DNA of 64,000 nt from Octopus vulgaris (GCA_951406725.2 OX597817.1:77314001-77378000), one strand, 5' to 3'. Positions 1 through 14,032 are shown, numbered from the stretch's first letter. Translations and numbers: made by a program. The notes: generated from the letters alone by a model not told the origin.

Positions 1-3000
1 ACACTAACTGAAATGATAAGCAAGGATTCTTCACCAAGACACTCCGGACCCTGTCCCACAGAGACGGTGCCTCTACCGACTGTCTAATTACTGCCACTAC
101 TACAGAGGCTTCTGTTTTCTTTCTTCAAGAAGTTACCAATTCTCATACCATCTCCACTCAAGAAATTTCAACATTTCTCTCATAAACCAAATTATGTTTA
201 TATATACATACACATACATATATACACACAGACACACACACACACACACACACGTGATCACGTGACCGACGAGGCTATCAGATGTTGCTACACATAGCTG
301 GTCACAATGCGTTCGCATTGTTTTAGCCTTTGAATGACGCAGGCCAACAGAAGAAAGAGTGAGAGAAAGAGTGGTGAAAGAGTACAGCAGAGATCACCAC
401 CCCCTGCCAGAGCCTTGTGGAGCTTTTAGGTGTTTTCGCTCAATAAACATTCACAACGCCTGGTCTGGGAATCGAAACCGCGATCCTGCGACCGTAAGTC
501 CACTGCCCTAACCACTGGGCCATATATATATGTATGTATGTATGTGTGTACACATATGTGTTTGTGTGTCTTGTACAGAATCTTGTACATCCAAAATTCT
601 TTCCCAGGTAAATGATTTTTTTCCTGCAGCCATTTGCTTTGCATCTGTTCATGGTTTTGGACTCAGTATTCACTGAGAGTCTGTGAAGGATTTTGGCCAA
701 CTCTCTTCCTCAAACCCATACATGATATATATATTTGTGTATGTGTGTGTGCGCATGTGTGTGTGGTTTAGTGGTTAAAGTGTAGCACTCATGATCTAGC
801 AATCATGGTTTACAATTCCTAGACGAGGTAGTGCATAGTGTTCTTGAGAAAAACTTCATCTTACATCATTGCTCTGAGATCACTTTGACACCTGACACAT
901 GGTACACCATGCACCTATTTAGACACTACAAACAAATCATTTGAGCAGGTCCTTCGTTCAAAGCTGAATGCTCATACATCATCTTCAACAGGAGAGTCCA
1001 TCATATACATACATATATACATACATACTTAAATGTACATATATACATACATATGTGCATATACATACATATATACATACATATACATGCATATTTATAT
1101 ATGTGTATGTATATATATATATATATATATATAAATATATACACACATATACACACACATACATATATATGCATATATATACATACACACAGCATTACAC
1201 ATACACATATATAAGAAACACATTGTAAATTTGACATACTAAGAAATGTACCTATGATGTAGATATATAGGCAAAAGACAGTAAAGAGATCTATTTCAGT
1301 AATTTATGTAAAATATAATTTATAAATGGATTTGAAGATCTTTCTTGCCAATAACATGACAAAAATACAATTTGTATATCTTGGCTAAGGAACAAAAAGC
1401 AATAAAAAGGTTGGAACTTAGAACTCTGACTCATATGAAGTCTACAATTAAATGCTGTCTTCATTTAGTTCCTACAAATTCTCCCTCTTCGATTTGAGAT
1501 TGAACAGCAGAAACTTGGTTGTTGTTCTTGTTTTTGACTGGCCCACATATCTTCTCTTGCTAAACAGAGGTATGTCTAAAGACATTCTAGTTAAAATGAA
1601 TACCAGTGTGGCTCAGTGGGTGGAAGGAACAATACTGAAAGAAGATGAGCCGCTTCGCTCTTTAGCATTTCAACCAGTTATATCAGGCTCAAATATTCTA
1701 CCTGTCTTACGTTGAAACTGGACAGATCCAGTTTCTCACATCTACTCTACAATGTCATTATAAAAATAAACAATCTCTTCTTCAAAATTTTGAAGCTACA
1801 AGATAATGCATGATTAATTCAAAACTATGTGAATAAACAAACATGCTGAAGGGTTAAAGAAGGCTGTATAACATAGGGGATATGGCAATGAGAACCCCAA
1901 TCTTCAACCCTAAAAATAGCTGGTATCATGAGTGGACAATGGACTACAGAAACTATTGGTCTATTTTAGAGAGTAAAAAATTTGTCATTGGTATCCAATA
2001 GATTCCTCTAGTTGGATTAGTCATCAGACCTAAAAGATTGGTAGAAATATGAGCATGTGGATCCTTAAGATTATGGATTTAAAATGGATATTTATCCTTA
2101 TCCTAGAAGCCACTAAAACAGAGCATTCAAAAAAAAAAAAAAGAAGCAAAAAAAATGATTTCTGTAATATAATATGAAGAATCTTCAACTGCAAATGCTA
2201 AAAAGTATGTTGGACCCAGTTCAAAGAGAGCTTAACAGTACATATGAAGGCCTGCCACTAGTACAAAAATGAGCTCACTGCCATACTATTTTAGATTATG
2301 GAGAAAAATAAAATAGACAATGCCCATTTAACTGGAGATGGTATTCCAAAACCAGAAAATGATGCAAATACAGAATGTAAACCATTCTTGTGTTAAATAA
2401 GCCTGGCAAATGGTAATGTGGAATTTCAGTTGTAAAAGATAAGAATAAATCATCATCGTCACCATCATCGTCAGCAACAACAACATTATCATCATCATCA
2501 ACATCTGTTCAAGATCTGTTTGTTCCAGATCTGAAACAGACCTGGAAAAGAGAAGGCATATTTTCTCTGTACAAAAATGGTTTGCTACGAGCAGTGTTTA
2601 TTGTTGTAACTTTTGTCAACAAACTATCCATTTGCTTTGCCTCTTCAAAGGTTTGGGCAATAATAGCTCCCATATCACTTGCTTGACAAACAGATAAGGG
2701 TCAATGTCAGTGAGAGCATCCAGCTGTAAAATGATACTTCAGTAACTAACAGTATATCCATCTAGCCCATGCTTGCATGGAAAACCCAATGTGAAAGTAG
2801 ACAAACGAACAAACAACCCCATTTACATTTACCAAAGTACACATTTTGCAAACCTCAGACAATTGTAAAACAACAAAGTTGGGCAAGATTTAAGTTCACA
2901 TCATAAAAGGATGTATAAAAAAAGAAATAGTGATGTATCTTCTCCTACAACTCTACCAACTATTTCATTGACCTGTCATAAATATATCACTCATTCATTT

Positions 3001-3699
3001 GCTTCAGTCATTAGATGGTGGCCATGATGGTGCACTGACTTAATCTTCCGTTTCTCAAAAGCATTTTCATAAATTTGTCCTGTACATTCATGTTTTCTAA
3101 CTTTTAGTTAGCCCTTGTTTCATACATTCTAAGTAATATAATGCTTTCTTTCACAAGTCCCAGGTTACGTTACAGTTGAAAAAACAAAAAAAAAATATTA
3201 GGAATGTGTACCATATATAGTGTATGGATGGCAGGGAAATGTCCTTTGTATCACATGTGATACACATGGCAGGCAAAAGATTAATCACACATCTATGCTC
3301 TATAAGTCATTGGTGTGCATTCTTAGTCTTTATTTGAGTTAAATGTAGGCCAGTTTCAGGTTAATACTATTTAGATAACGTACAGATCAAGCATACTCAA
3401 GATAAAAAGGTAAAAGAAACACAAACAAGTTTGTTTTTGGAAAGGGTTAGTGAGAGAAAAGGTTAATATCCGCTGTAGTCATGAGAAAAAATGCTTATCA
3501 GAAATATTGAAATAGAGAAAAATTTTCATCTACTTATTTATTTATTCATTTGTCTGTTTATTTTTTTATTTATTTTATATTGCAATTAGTAATAAAAAGT
3601 GTTTTTCGTTAGTTTACCAAAGGGTCTGCTCTTAACATGCATTTTGAATGACAATATTTCCAAGCAAGATGGCAGAATTGTTAGCACACTCTCTTTTTT

Positions 3700-4097
3700 T
3701 TACTCTTTTACTCTTTTACTTGTTTCAGTCATTTGACTGCGGCCATGCTGGAGCACCGCCTTTAGTCGAGCAAATCAATTCCGGGACTTATTCTTTGTAA
3801 GCCCAGTACTTACTCTATCGGTCTCTTTTGCCGAACCGCTAAGTTATGGGGAAGTAAACACACTAGCATCGGTTGTCAAGCAATGCTAGGGGGACAAATA
3901 CACACATACATACATATATACATATATATACATATATACGACAGGCTTCTTTCAGTTTCCGTCTGCCAAATCTACTCACAAGGCTTTGGTCAGCCCGGGG
4001 CTATAGCAGAAGACACTTGCCCAAGATGCCACACAGTGGGACTGAACCCGGAACCATGTGGTTGGTTAGCAAACTACTTACCACACAGCCACTCCTG
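3700..4097 (-). mobile_element. tRNA-derived SINE family A, full length, nested in a family C SINE
   Basis: Inverse of the 6577 copy, with A/B-box-like head and (agtaaaag)n tail. Confidence 0.9.
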
Positions 4098-4419
4098 AGT
4101 GAAAAGCTTAGAAGAATTTCATTCATTTTTACGTTGTGAGTTCAAATGCCACTAGGATCGACTCTGTCTTTCATCCTTTTGAGGTTGATGAAATAAATAC
4201 CAGTTGAACACTGGGGTCTATTTGATTGACTTAGCCCCTCTATAAAAACCTGCTGTCCCTGTGCCAAAATTTGAAACCAATATTTACAAGTGTATGTCTG
4301 ACCTAATACAAAGGGATTTTGAAGCGGAACCGAACTCAACACTATACAGTTGTAAAGCAGAATCCTTCACCACATAACCAAGTTTAATTTTATTATTAAT
4401 TTTTTCCTTTTCTTCTTAA

Positions 4420-4630
4420 CCCTTTTGTTATCGCATTTATTTTGAGGTACTCTGTGTTTCTTTCAATTAATCTTAAATACAACAAAGAGTTTAGTAAAAT
4501 AACTTAGTTATCATTAAGCTAGCTTTAGGAACATAAAATTGTGAGTAAGGTTTGGTGGAAGATTTTATGAAAACAAGACATTTGTACTAGAGATCCAGAG
4601 GCAGTTTCAGCCAGGTTGGTATTGAAAGGG
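4420..4630. mobile_element. TTAA-flanked piggyBac-like MITE
   Basis: TTAA|CCCTTT...AAAGGG|TTAA. A related copy is at 20030-20252 and a partial one ends near 39863. Confidence 0.7.
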
Positions 4631-5536
4631 TTAAGGCAACAAGTTGGTAGAATTGTCAGAATACCCGACAAAATGCTTAGCACGAATTTGTCTGTTTTTA
4701 TATTCTGAGTGCAAATTCTGCCAAGATTGACTTAGCCTTTCATCCTTTCGGGATCGATAAATTAAGTACCAGTGAAACACTGGGGTCGATATTATCAAAT
4801 AGTACCCTCCACCAAAATTTCAGGCCTTGTGTCTTTAGTAGAAAGGATTATCATTATCATGGCTTTTTTTTTTTTTATGATGGCAAGCTGGCAGAATCAT
4901 TAATGCACCAGACAAAATGCTTATCAGCATTACTTTCAGCTTTATCTTCTGAGTTCAAATGCCAACAAGGTTGACCTTTCCTTTCATCATTTCAGGGTCA
5001 ATTAATCCTTTAGTACTTAAACTGGCCATATCAGGCTAAAATAGTCTTTAAAATATTTTTTAGACATGCCAAAAAAAATTTTGGTAATTCTATTCACTTG
5101 AATATAATTTTTAAAAAAGCATTAAAATATTGTCTGTTTATAAAAAGCTAAAATATAAATACTTATTGTACAAACAACTTACATTTTTGAGATCACATTC
5201 ACTTAAAAATATTTCTAAATGAATAAAATATTGTTTAACAAAAGCGAAATTAAAAACATTTACAGAAAAAAAAAACCCATATATTTTCATTGTCAAGTGA
5301 CTGTGTATAATGGAAAGGCAACAGTTACTTCCTTTTCAGGATTAGGTTAATTTCAGAGACTTTTCCCATTATGCCCTGAAAACCCTTAATATCTTCACAA
5401 CCACTTGTCTGATTTATGAGAAATTTGTTTCATTCTGCTCATAGTTACATTTCAGGGAGCACATAATTCATAGTATTATCCCATTATGCAGCAGTTTGGC
5501 TGAGTAACATTGCAAGCAAGCAAGATTCAATCTATA

Positions 5537-5571
<35 letters not shown>

Positions 5572-5717
5572 GTATTTTATATATATAGTATTTTATATAA
5601 ATATATTTATATAGTATTATATATATAGGGAGAGTTTACGAAAGAAACAAAAGATGAAGACAGGTGGTGTACAAAACAAACAGATGTATTAGTATAACAT
5701 TCAGGAATAGAAAAAGT

Positions 5718-5753
5718 CTTTTACGTTTCGAGCCTATGCTCTTCTCCAGAAAG
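5718..5753 (-). ncRNA. Minimal Type I hammerhead-like motif (Penelope-type), core A6>G
   Basis: Minus strand reads cttt-CTGGAGA-a-gagc-atag-gctc-GAAA-CGT-A-aaag. Helix I is cttt/aaag, helix II is gagc/gctc, helix III is the ACGU palindrome, and the triplet is GUA. Confidence 0.55.
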
Positions 5754-5889
5754 GGACCCAGAAAAAACAAGGAGAGAAAAAAATATGTGTAGTGGCTAAC
5801 GACCTATCATGGCGACTAGTGCCAGACATATATATATATATATAATATTTTTTATATATATATAGTATTTTATATATATATATATATAC

Positions 5890-6520
5890 ATTACCAGCAT
5901 TCCCTTACTGGCACTTGTGCTAGTGGCACGTGAAAAACAACATTCGAGCGAGGTCGTTGTCAGTGCCGCTGGACTGGCTTGTGCAGATGACACATAAAAA
6001 ACACCATTTGAGTGTGGCCATTGCCAGTACTGCCTGACTGGCCCTCGTACTGGTGGCACATAGAAGCACCCACTACACTTTCGGAGTGGTTGACATTAGG
6101 AAGGGCATCTAGCTGTAGAAACTCTGCCAGATCAGATTGGAGCCTGGAGCAGCTATCTGGCTCGCCAGTCCTCAGTCAAACCATCCAACCCATGCTAGCA
6201 TGGAAAACAGACGTTAAACGATGGTGATGATGATGATGCCAGTGCCGACTCGACTGGCTTCCGTGCCAGTGGCACGTAAAATGCACCAATCCGACCGTGG
6301 CCGTTGCCAGCCTCGCCTGGCACCAGTGCAGGTGGCACGTAAAAAGCACCCACTACACTCTCGGAGTGGTTGGTGTTAGGAAGAGCATCCAGCTGTAGAA
6401 ACATTGCCAGATAAGACTGGAGCCTGGTGCAGCCTTCTGGCTTCACAGATCCCCGGTCGAACCATCCAACCCATGCTAGCATGGAGAACGGACGTTAAAC
6501 GATGATGATGATGATGATGA

Positions 6521-6523
<3 letters not shown>
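5890..6523 (+). mobile_element. Two tandem copies of repeat family D ((GAT)n-tailed retroposon)
   Basis: aggaagggcatccagctgtagaaac...ccaacccatgctagcatgga...gacgttaaacgatgatg. Other copies are near 15050, 23530, 33150, 44400, 46490, 49835, 53885 and 56690-57155. Confidence 0.85.
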
Positions 6524-6558
<35 letters not shown>

Positions 6559-6576
6559 TATATATATATACATATA

Positions 6577-6989
6577 GGCGTAGGAGTGGCTGTGTGGTAA
6601 GTAGCTTGTTTACCAACCACATGATTCCGGGTTCAGTCCCACTGCGTGGCACCTTGGGCAAGTGTCTTCTATTATAGCCTTAGGCTGACCAATGCCTTGT
6701 GAGTGGATTTGGTAGACGGAAACTGAAAGAAGCCCATCGTATATATGTATATATATATATGCGGGTGTGTGTTTGTGTGTCTGTTTGTCCCCCTAGCATT
6801 GCTTGAAAACCGATGCTGGTGTGTTTATGTCCCCGTTACTTAGCAGTTTGGCAAAAGAGACCGATAGAATAAGTACTGGGCTTACAAAAGAATAAGTCCT
6901 GGGGTCGAGTTGTTCGATTAAAGGCGGTGCTCCAGCATGGCCGCAGTCAAATGACTGAAACAAGTAAAAGAGTAAAAGCAAGTAAGAGT
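6577..6989 (+). mobile_element. tRNA-derived SINE family A, full length
   Basis: Head ggcgtaggagtggctgtgtggtaag...gggttcagtcccact and tail ggcggtgctccagcatggccgcagtc..gactgaaac. Further full or partial copies are near 8672, 8878, 9085, 35452, 40760, 41762, 50411, 56478, 57448 and 60499. Confidence 0.9.
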
Positions 6990-7528
6990 ATATAAAACGA
7001 TCTTCTTTCAGTTTCCATCAACCAAATCCACTCAGAAGACTTAGGTGAACCTGAGGCCATAGTACAAGACATCCAAAGTACCAACCAACAGGACTCAACC
7101 CAGAACCATGTGATTAAGAAGCAAACTTCTCACCACACAGCAGCACAAATGCCTTGAGATATGTCCTGAGTTCAAATCCTCATTTGCCATACATTCTTCA
7201 TGTTTGACAAAGTAATCTAGAATGAAATGAATTATCATAAGGCCTGTTTTTGTTTCTTTTTATTTGCCACAACAGTTTAAATCTGCCTGCATAGTTCTCT
7301 GATTTACCAATAACCACACCTCCGATATATAACCCAATGGCTATGATATTGTGGAGGACTCGATAAAATTTGACCTGGTGTTATACAAAAAATATAAATA
7401 ATGAGCGAGTCTTCATAAATGATAGCTATTTTGACATTAAAAAAAAAATGAAATAACCAAAACTTTTGAATTTCCTTCCCCAAATATTTTGAAAAGTCAT
7501 TTCAGAAAAATTTCCTTCAAAGGTGTAG

Positions 7529-7589
<61 letters not shown>

Positions 7590-7807
7590 TGAGTGTGTGT
7601 GTGTGCAGTCGTGTGTTGTGTCGTTTATAAGTATGATGAGCAAATTTCCACTACTTTAGCATACTAACTTACTAACAAACACACACACACATTAGCATAA
7701 CAAACTCTGTTGTTGTTGTTGTTGTTGTTGTTGTAGTCATAGCCATGTGACCTTCATTTATGTTGCTTGCAATCACACTGTTTTACTAATTCATTTATTT
7801 CTCATAG

Positions 7808-7828
7808 TGACCTTTTGACCTTTGCACA
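7808..7828 (-). promoter_or_regulatory. Composite nuclear-receptor element (perfect DR2 overlapping a DR1)
   Basis: TGACCT-tt-TGACCT-t-TGCACA, with a third TGACCT at 7748. Confidence 0.35.
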
Positions 7829-8154
7829 TCTTATCTACAACAATGACAAAATCTCTGACTAACCTCACAACCTCACCTTGCAAGAAAATAGTCATACATA
7901 CATACATACACACACACATACATACATACATACATACATGTAATATATGTATATGTATAATTATGTAATATATATGTATATATACACATATATATGTACA
8001 CACGTGTAATACATGTGTGTGTATATATTTATATATAACTAAATATATATATATATAAATATGTGTATGTATACATATATATTAGAATGTGTATATACGT
8101 ATATGTATATTTGCATGTGTATATATATATATATAGATAAATGACGATGATATA

Positions 8155-8194
<40 letters not shown>

Positions 8195-10121
8195 TGTATA
8201 CGTTTTCACTATCTCATAATCTACTTCTGCTTTGTTGTTTTTTCATTTTATTTTATTTATTATTTACTCTTACATGTTATTTAGTGAGTATTAAATCTTC
8301 TGCACTTGGTACTTATCTATCATGCAGTGATAGGTCATCCTCTCTGCTTCTTAATAATCATTACCATAATCATGTCAGTCATTGAGTGGTGGGGATGGTG
8401 ATGATAGTGGTGGTGAGGGGCATGATTGGAAGAGTAGAACACCAGACTAGATAGCCCAGCAGTCCAAGTCAGTCCTGTTTTGACTGACCTATGATCAAAG
8501 GCATACAATCTTTTAGCGTGTATGTATATCTAGGACTACCTTGGTCAATGTATCATAGATATTTTTATGGGTTTTGTTTTTAGACATTAGAGTGTCAGTA
8601 ATTAATTAACCCAGGGTCGGCCAGAATTGCACAGACAAAATGTATACCAGTTGTGACTAATGGATCACTTATTGTGGCTATATGGTAGGAAGTTTGCTTC
8701 CCAACCACATGGTTCCGAGTTCAGTCTCACTGCTTGGCACCTTGGGAAAGTGTCTTCTTCTATAGCATCAGGTCAACCAAAGCTTTGTGAGTGGATTTGA
8801 TAGACAGAAACTGAAAGAAGCCCTTTGTGTGTGTGTGTGTTTGTGTGTGTTTGTGTGTTTGTGTGTGTGTGTGTGCATGGGTGTGGCTCTGTGGTAAGAA
8901 GCTTGCTTCCGAACCACATGGTTTTGGGTTCAGTTCCACTATGTGGCACCTCCAGTAAGTGTCTTCTACTCTTGCCTCAGGTTGACCAGAACCTTATGAA
9001 TAGATTTGGTAGACGGAAACTGACAGAAGCCCTATTTGTGTGTGTGTGATTGTGTGTGTATGTGTGTGTGAGTGTGTGTGTGTATAGGCATGTATGTAGC
9101 TGTGTGGTAAGAACATTGCTTCCCCAACCACATGGTTCCAGGTTCAGTCCCACTGTGTGGTACCTTGCACAAGTGTCTTTTATTATAGCTTTTCATCAAC
9201 CAAAGCTTTGTGAGTGGATCAGGTGTGTGTGTATGTGTAGGTCTTTGTCCCCCACTACCACTCAACAAGTGGACATTAAACAACGATGATGACGATGATA
9301 TATGTGTGTGTGTGTATCTATGTAAGTGTGTATGTGTGTAAGCTATGTTTTCAAGTCAAATCATATATGGAAGCATTTTAATATTAAACTGAAGAATTTC
9401 TCTATATATTTTTGGTAGCCTATGTATTTATTAACTTTTGCTGTCAACCTTTAATTTATTAAAATTGATATATATTTATATGTGTGTGTGTTCATAAATG
9501 TGTGTATATGTGTCTCTTCGTCTTACACTGCACAATAGTTGCCAATGAGCGTCACCCTAATACAAATATAGTTAGTGTCCTTCATTTGCAATCTACCATG
9601 AAAACATGTCCAGCCATGGGAGAGTAATAGCTTGCTCGAAAAACAGGTGAGGGTTAGTGACAGGAAGGACATCCAGACAGAAAATTTTCCTCAATGAAAT
9701 CAGTCTGATTCATGCAATGTGGACATTAAAACATTGAATACGATGATGATAATGACGATGATATATAGTTACTGATATTTTACAAATCCTCTTCAAAATC
9801 TTGATTACTGTGAGCAATAATTAATTGAAATGCACAGACAGTCATCTCATTAGAAATATAGTCACGAAAGCGTTAATATGGAGGTGGATGGCAGCAGAGA
9901 TGGTCATTTAAGATATAAGATTACAGAAGAGAATTATGGAACAAAATGTTGAATTTATTCATTCAGTGAATCTTTACTCCAAAAATATATCTATCTCTTT
10001 ACATCTGGGTGAATAGAGAATCTTGTGAGTTAAATGTCATGATTAGCAGTAATAATAGGTGATCTGGAGCCAACAGCCTTTTGGTTGATGGTCATATACT
10101 TAAGCAACTGAGCCGTGAATC

Positions 10122-10344
10122 CGTTTCTTTATTACCCGCAAGGGGCTAAACATAGAGGGGACAAACAAGGATTAAGTCGATTACATCGACCCCAGTACAT
10201 AACTGGTACTTAATTTATTCGACTCCGAAAGGATGAAAGGCAAAGTCGACTATAGTGGAATTTGAACTCAGAACGTAACGGCAGATGAAATACGGCTATG
10301 CATTTTGCTCGGCGTGCTAACGGTTCTGCCAGCTCACCGCCTTC
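10122..10344 (-). mobile_element. SINE family C with TSD
   Basis: Flanked by duplicated caactgagcc(g/a)tgaatc. Confidence 0.85.
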
Positions 10345-12018
10345 AACTGAGCCATGAATCGAGTAACAACTAACACACACACAGACAGACGCACACTTAC
10401 ACACACAGTAACTTCATGTGTGCTGTTGGTGATTTTTCTACCTTCTTTTGACTTTTCCCTTTCCGATAAAGAGCTATGCTCGAAATAACAAAAACTTTCT
10501 TTTTACTGAGCATCAAATTAATAAATTCAATATGCACGTCCTCTTGTTGTTTGTTATTATTATTTTTAATGCTTATTTATTTGATTTGCACATACTATAC
10601 TCCAGGTATATGCGACCACACATATGTAAGTTCATGACAATAGAAATGGGATGGACATGTTAGTAAATAATTTATTCCAAAGTTCTCTTTCTTTTCATTT
10701 TATTTTTCAATTTTTTTATTTTTATTTAAAACATATCAAAATTATATCTACTTTATTTACTAATTTCATTATTGCATTTGTTTTCCATTGCTCTTTTGCG
10801 TTCCATCTCACCCATTCTTTCACTGGAGCAAGTCGGAAATGTCAGAAGCTTTCCAGCCAACAGAAAACAGGGTGCACAATGAACAGTACTTTGCTCAAAA
10901 GTACATCAGTTTATGAAAGGGTACTTAATTGTTAAGCTATGAAAATAATGACAACAAAACTCCACATACAAGAACTTTGGTTAATGTGCATTCCATTCAT
11001 TTAGCTGGGTTTATTTACATTTTAATTTATTGTTTTATTATTAGTGGTAATGATGGTGGGTGAGAGCATTGGAGGTGGGTGGTTTTTCTTATTGTTATTA
11101 TTTTTAGAGTTTCTTTTATTAGCATCACTTGATTTTTTTTTGTTTTGTTTCTGGTTTTTTATATTCTTTTTTTTTTTCATATCTGTATGTTTGTGTATGA
11201 GTAAGGAGATGGGGGACAGAGCAGAAAAAGAGTTCTCTTTTTCTATTTAATACTTTTTTTTTTAATTCTTTAAAATAAAATAAATTTTAACAGCAGTGTC
11301 TGCACAGTGTGAAATGAGAGAAAGTGTTATAAATGAATAAATAAATAATTAAAATAATTATGTAGACATTAGTGAGGTCATTCACACTCCAGTGATATTG
11401 ATTTCAAATTTTGGTACAAAGCCACCAATTCTGAAGGAGGGGGTAAATTATGTTGACCCCAGTGCTCAACTCGTACCAATTTTATCAATGCCGAAATAAT
11501 GAAACGCAAACTCAGTCCTGGCAGAATTTGAACTCAGAACATGAGGACTGATGAAATGTGCTATGCATTTTGCAAGGCATGCTAATGATTATGCCAGCTC
11601 ACCCCCTTATCACACTCCAGTAGTATTAATTATTTCTAACTTAGGTACATAGCTAGAAATTTGCGCAAGGCTTGGTGGTGTTATTTAATACCAACAGCCT
11701 TAGTAGGTACTTTATTTTATCAAACCCACAAGGACAAATGGCAAAGTTGACCTCAACAATATTTGAACTAAGGCACCTCGGTTAAATTAATGGTTTCAAA
11801 TTTTAGTACAAAGCCAGGAATTTCAAGGGACTGCTAACTGTACTGTTGATTTGTATGATGATGATGACGATGTCAACTTCTTTCTGTTACCTATTCTTAC
11901 TTTTCTCTACCCCTCTTACACAAGCACACACATATACACATACACAAATACATACATACATTCCATTTCCCTTCATACAAAAATATAAAATAAAAAAAGA
12001 AGAAAAACATCAACTTAC

Positions 12019-12072
12019 CTGCCGATTCCTTTCATCGCCGATCCTGGAAATTTGGATCTTTTTTCTTCCCAT
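12019..12072 (-). CDS. Mef2: Myocyte enhancer factor 2, first coding segment (N-terminal 18 aa of the MADS box)
   Basis: Reverse complement ATGGGAAGAAAAAAGATCCAAATTTCCAGGATCGGCGATGAAAGGAATCGGCAG = MGRKKIQISRIGDERNRQ (human MEF2 is MGRKKIQITRIMDERNRQ). Start context is gaaATGG. It is followed by a GTAAGT donor (12018-12013) at the phase-0 intron position after RNRQ known from animal Mef2 genes. The next exon (VTFTKRK...) was not found in 1-12012. Confidence 0.96.
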
Positions 12073-12160
12073 TTCCGTTGTTGTCAAAATTTTGGAGGTT
12101 CTAGGGTTCCACTCGAACACAATATAGAGTGGTTGATATTCAAATCACCACTTCCAAATT
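12073..12160 (-). other. Mef2: 5'UTR part of the Mef2 start-codon exon
   Basis: Acceptor tttttgttattacAG (AG at 12162-12161). An alternative acceptor gtttgtctcacAG lies 20 nt upstream (exon start 12180). No upstream ATG in this segment. Confidence 0.7.
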
Positions 12161-13886
12161 CTGTAATAACAAAAATAGTCCTGTGAGACAAACTTTGGCA
12201 AATATACACTGATTAAAAAAAAACATTTAATACATCTACACTGTTTCTTTCTCTACTACTACAACCACTCACAACTACCTCTTCTCATCTATACCATTTC
12301 TCCACTCATCACCTCACTTAAAATCAGCACTCACATTCTCCTTTCCATCCTTGAGCTGTCTTAAGCATTTTTGTCTTGCAAATTGTCAGGCCACCTCACT
12401 AGGGCTGGTGCTAAGAGAAAAAGCACCCAGTACACCCTATGAAAGGGTTGGTGTTATGAAGGTTGTCCAGCTGTAGACACCATGTCAAAACTAAGACATT
12501 GGACTACAATGGGATTCTCCAATTCACTGGATCCTGTCAAACCATCCAACCCATATTAGCATGGTAATATTGCTCCATAGTCAAACATGTTTTATGGAAG
12601 ACTAGAAATAATAAACAACATCATTTGTAATGAGGGTGACACTTGTTTACAACCATGACAGGATGTCAATACAAGAGTACAAACACACATATACGTATAT
12701 ATAAATAAAAATAAATGTGCCCTTTTAAAGCCTAGCCACACTCATGGGCCCGGTTTCCCGATTTCCATGGTGTATGCACTCTCAAGCTGGATGGGACGCC
12801 AGTCCATTGCAGCGTTACTCATTTTTGCCAGCTGAGTGGACTGGAGCAACATGAAATGAAGTGTTTTACTCAAGGACACAACACGTCGCCCGGTCCAAGA
12901 ATCGAAACCACAATCTTACAATCATGATGCTGACACTCTAATCACTAAGCCACGCGCCTCCACATATATATATATATATATATACAAACATACATACATA
13001 CATACATACATACATACATACACACACAGAGTCATACATGTGTAATAAAACAACAGAAATGCATAAATAAAAGTCTGATTGCTCTTATAGACGCCCACGT
13101 TGCTGCACCAAATGATAAGAGGATAATATCTATAGAACATGACACACAACCTACAAAATGCCAGCTATTTTAACAACCACATTAATCAAGTAATGAAGTG
13201 AACATATTTTCTATTATCTGTACTTTTGGTTTAATAATTTTAATTTAAAATTTTGTTAAAATAATTAATCATGGCGTGACAGATTGCAGGTCATGGAGAA
13301 AGCATGCGGTAGAACTGAAAACAACAGCAAAAAAAACAATGAAATGAGAAGGGTTGTTAAGGTAGAAATGGGGATACACATGTTAACATGTTGAATAAAA
13401 ATAAAAATGGTTTTAAACATTTAAATTTGTCCAGCATCTTGACAAAGAAAGAAGAATTGTAAAGAATCAAAACTCCATTGTGTGTTCTGTTTAATAAAAT
13501 TGGTGGTGTGTGAGTGGAGCTAAAAACTTCACACTATTAGCTTTTTGAAGGGAAGAGAAAGTAAGGTATCAAATATTTGGTAATTTGAGATCCATTACTA
13601 TAAGATACTTGAAAAATCCCAGAGTATTTTGGTTAGTATGTATGTGTATGTATGTGTGTGAGTGTGTGTGTGTGTGTCCTTACATCCTATAATGGGTAGT
13701 TGATCCTTGTCACTCCAATGGACGAGCATGATATCAAAATAGGTGTGTGTTTGTAATCGCTTTTCTTTTTACCTGTCTCTAAGCCTGCCTGAAGTCAAAG
13801 TACGACAATGCTATGTTGTGGTGATGAGTACCAATTAAAGAAGCAACATGTATGCATACCAATACTTTTTTCCTAGACTAAATAAA

Positions 13887-13934
<48 letters not shown>

Positions 13935-13989
13935 CTATATATACAAAATATTTATTTATTTATGTATATAATACTATATATATAAAAAT

Positions 13990-14032
<43 letters not shown>

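Noticed and set aside
1955-2040. Minus-strand CTGATGA followed by a good hairpin
   Set aside because: No GAAA or helix III at the required position, so not called a hammerhead.
1961-5044. CTATTTTAG/CTAAAATAG motifs at 1961, 2286 and 5036
   Set aside because: One base short of the MEF2 consensus and expected by chance in AT-rich DNA.
1-12012. Search for the second Mef2 coding exon ([23 protein letters not shown])
   Set aside because: Not found by eye, and presumed to lie beyond the left edge.
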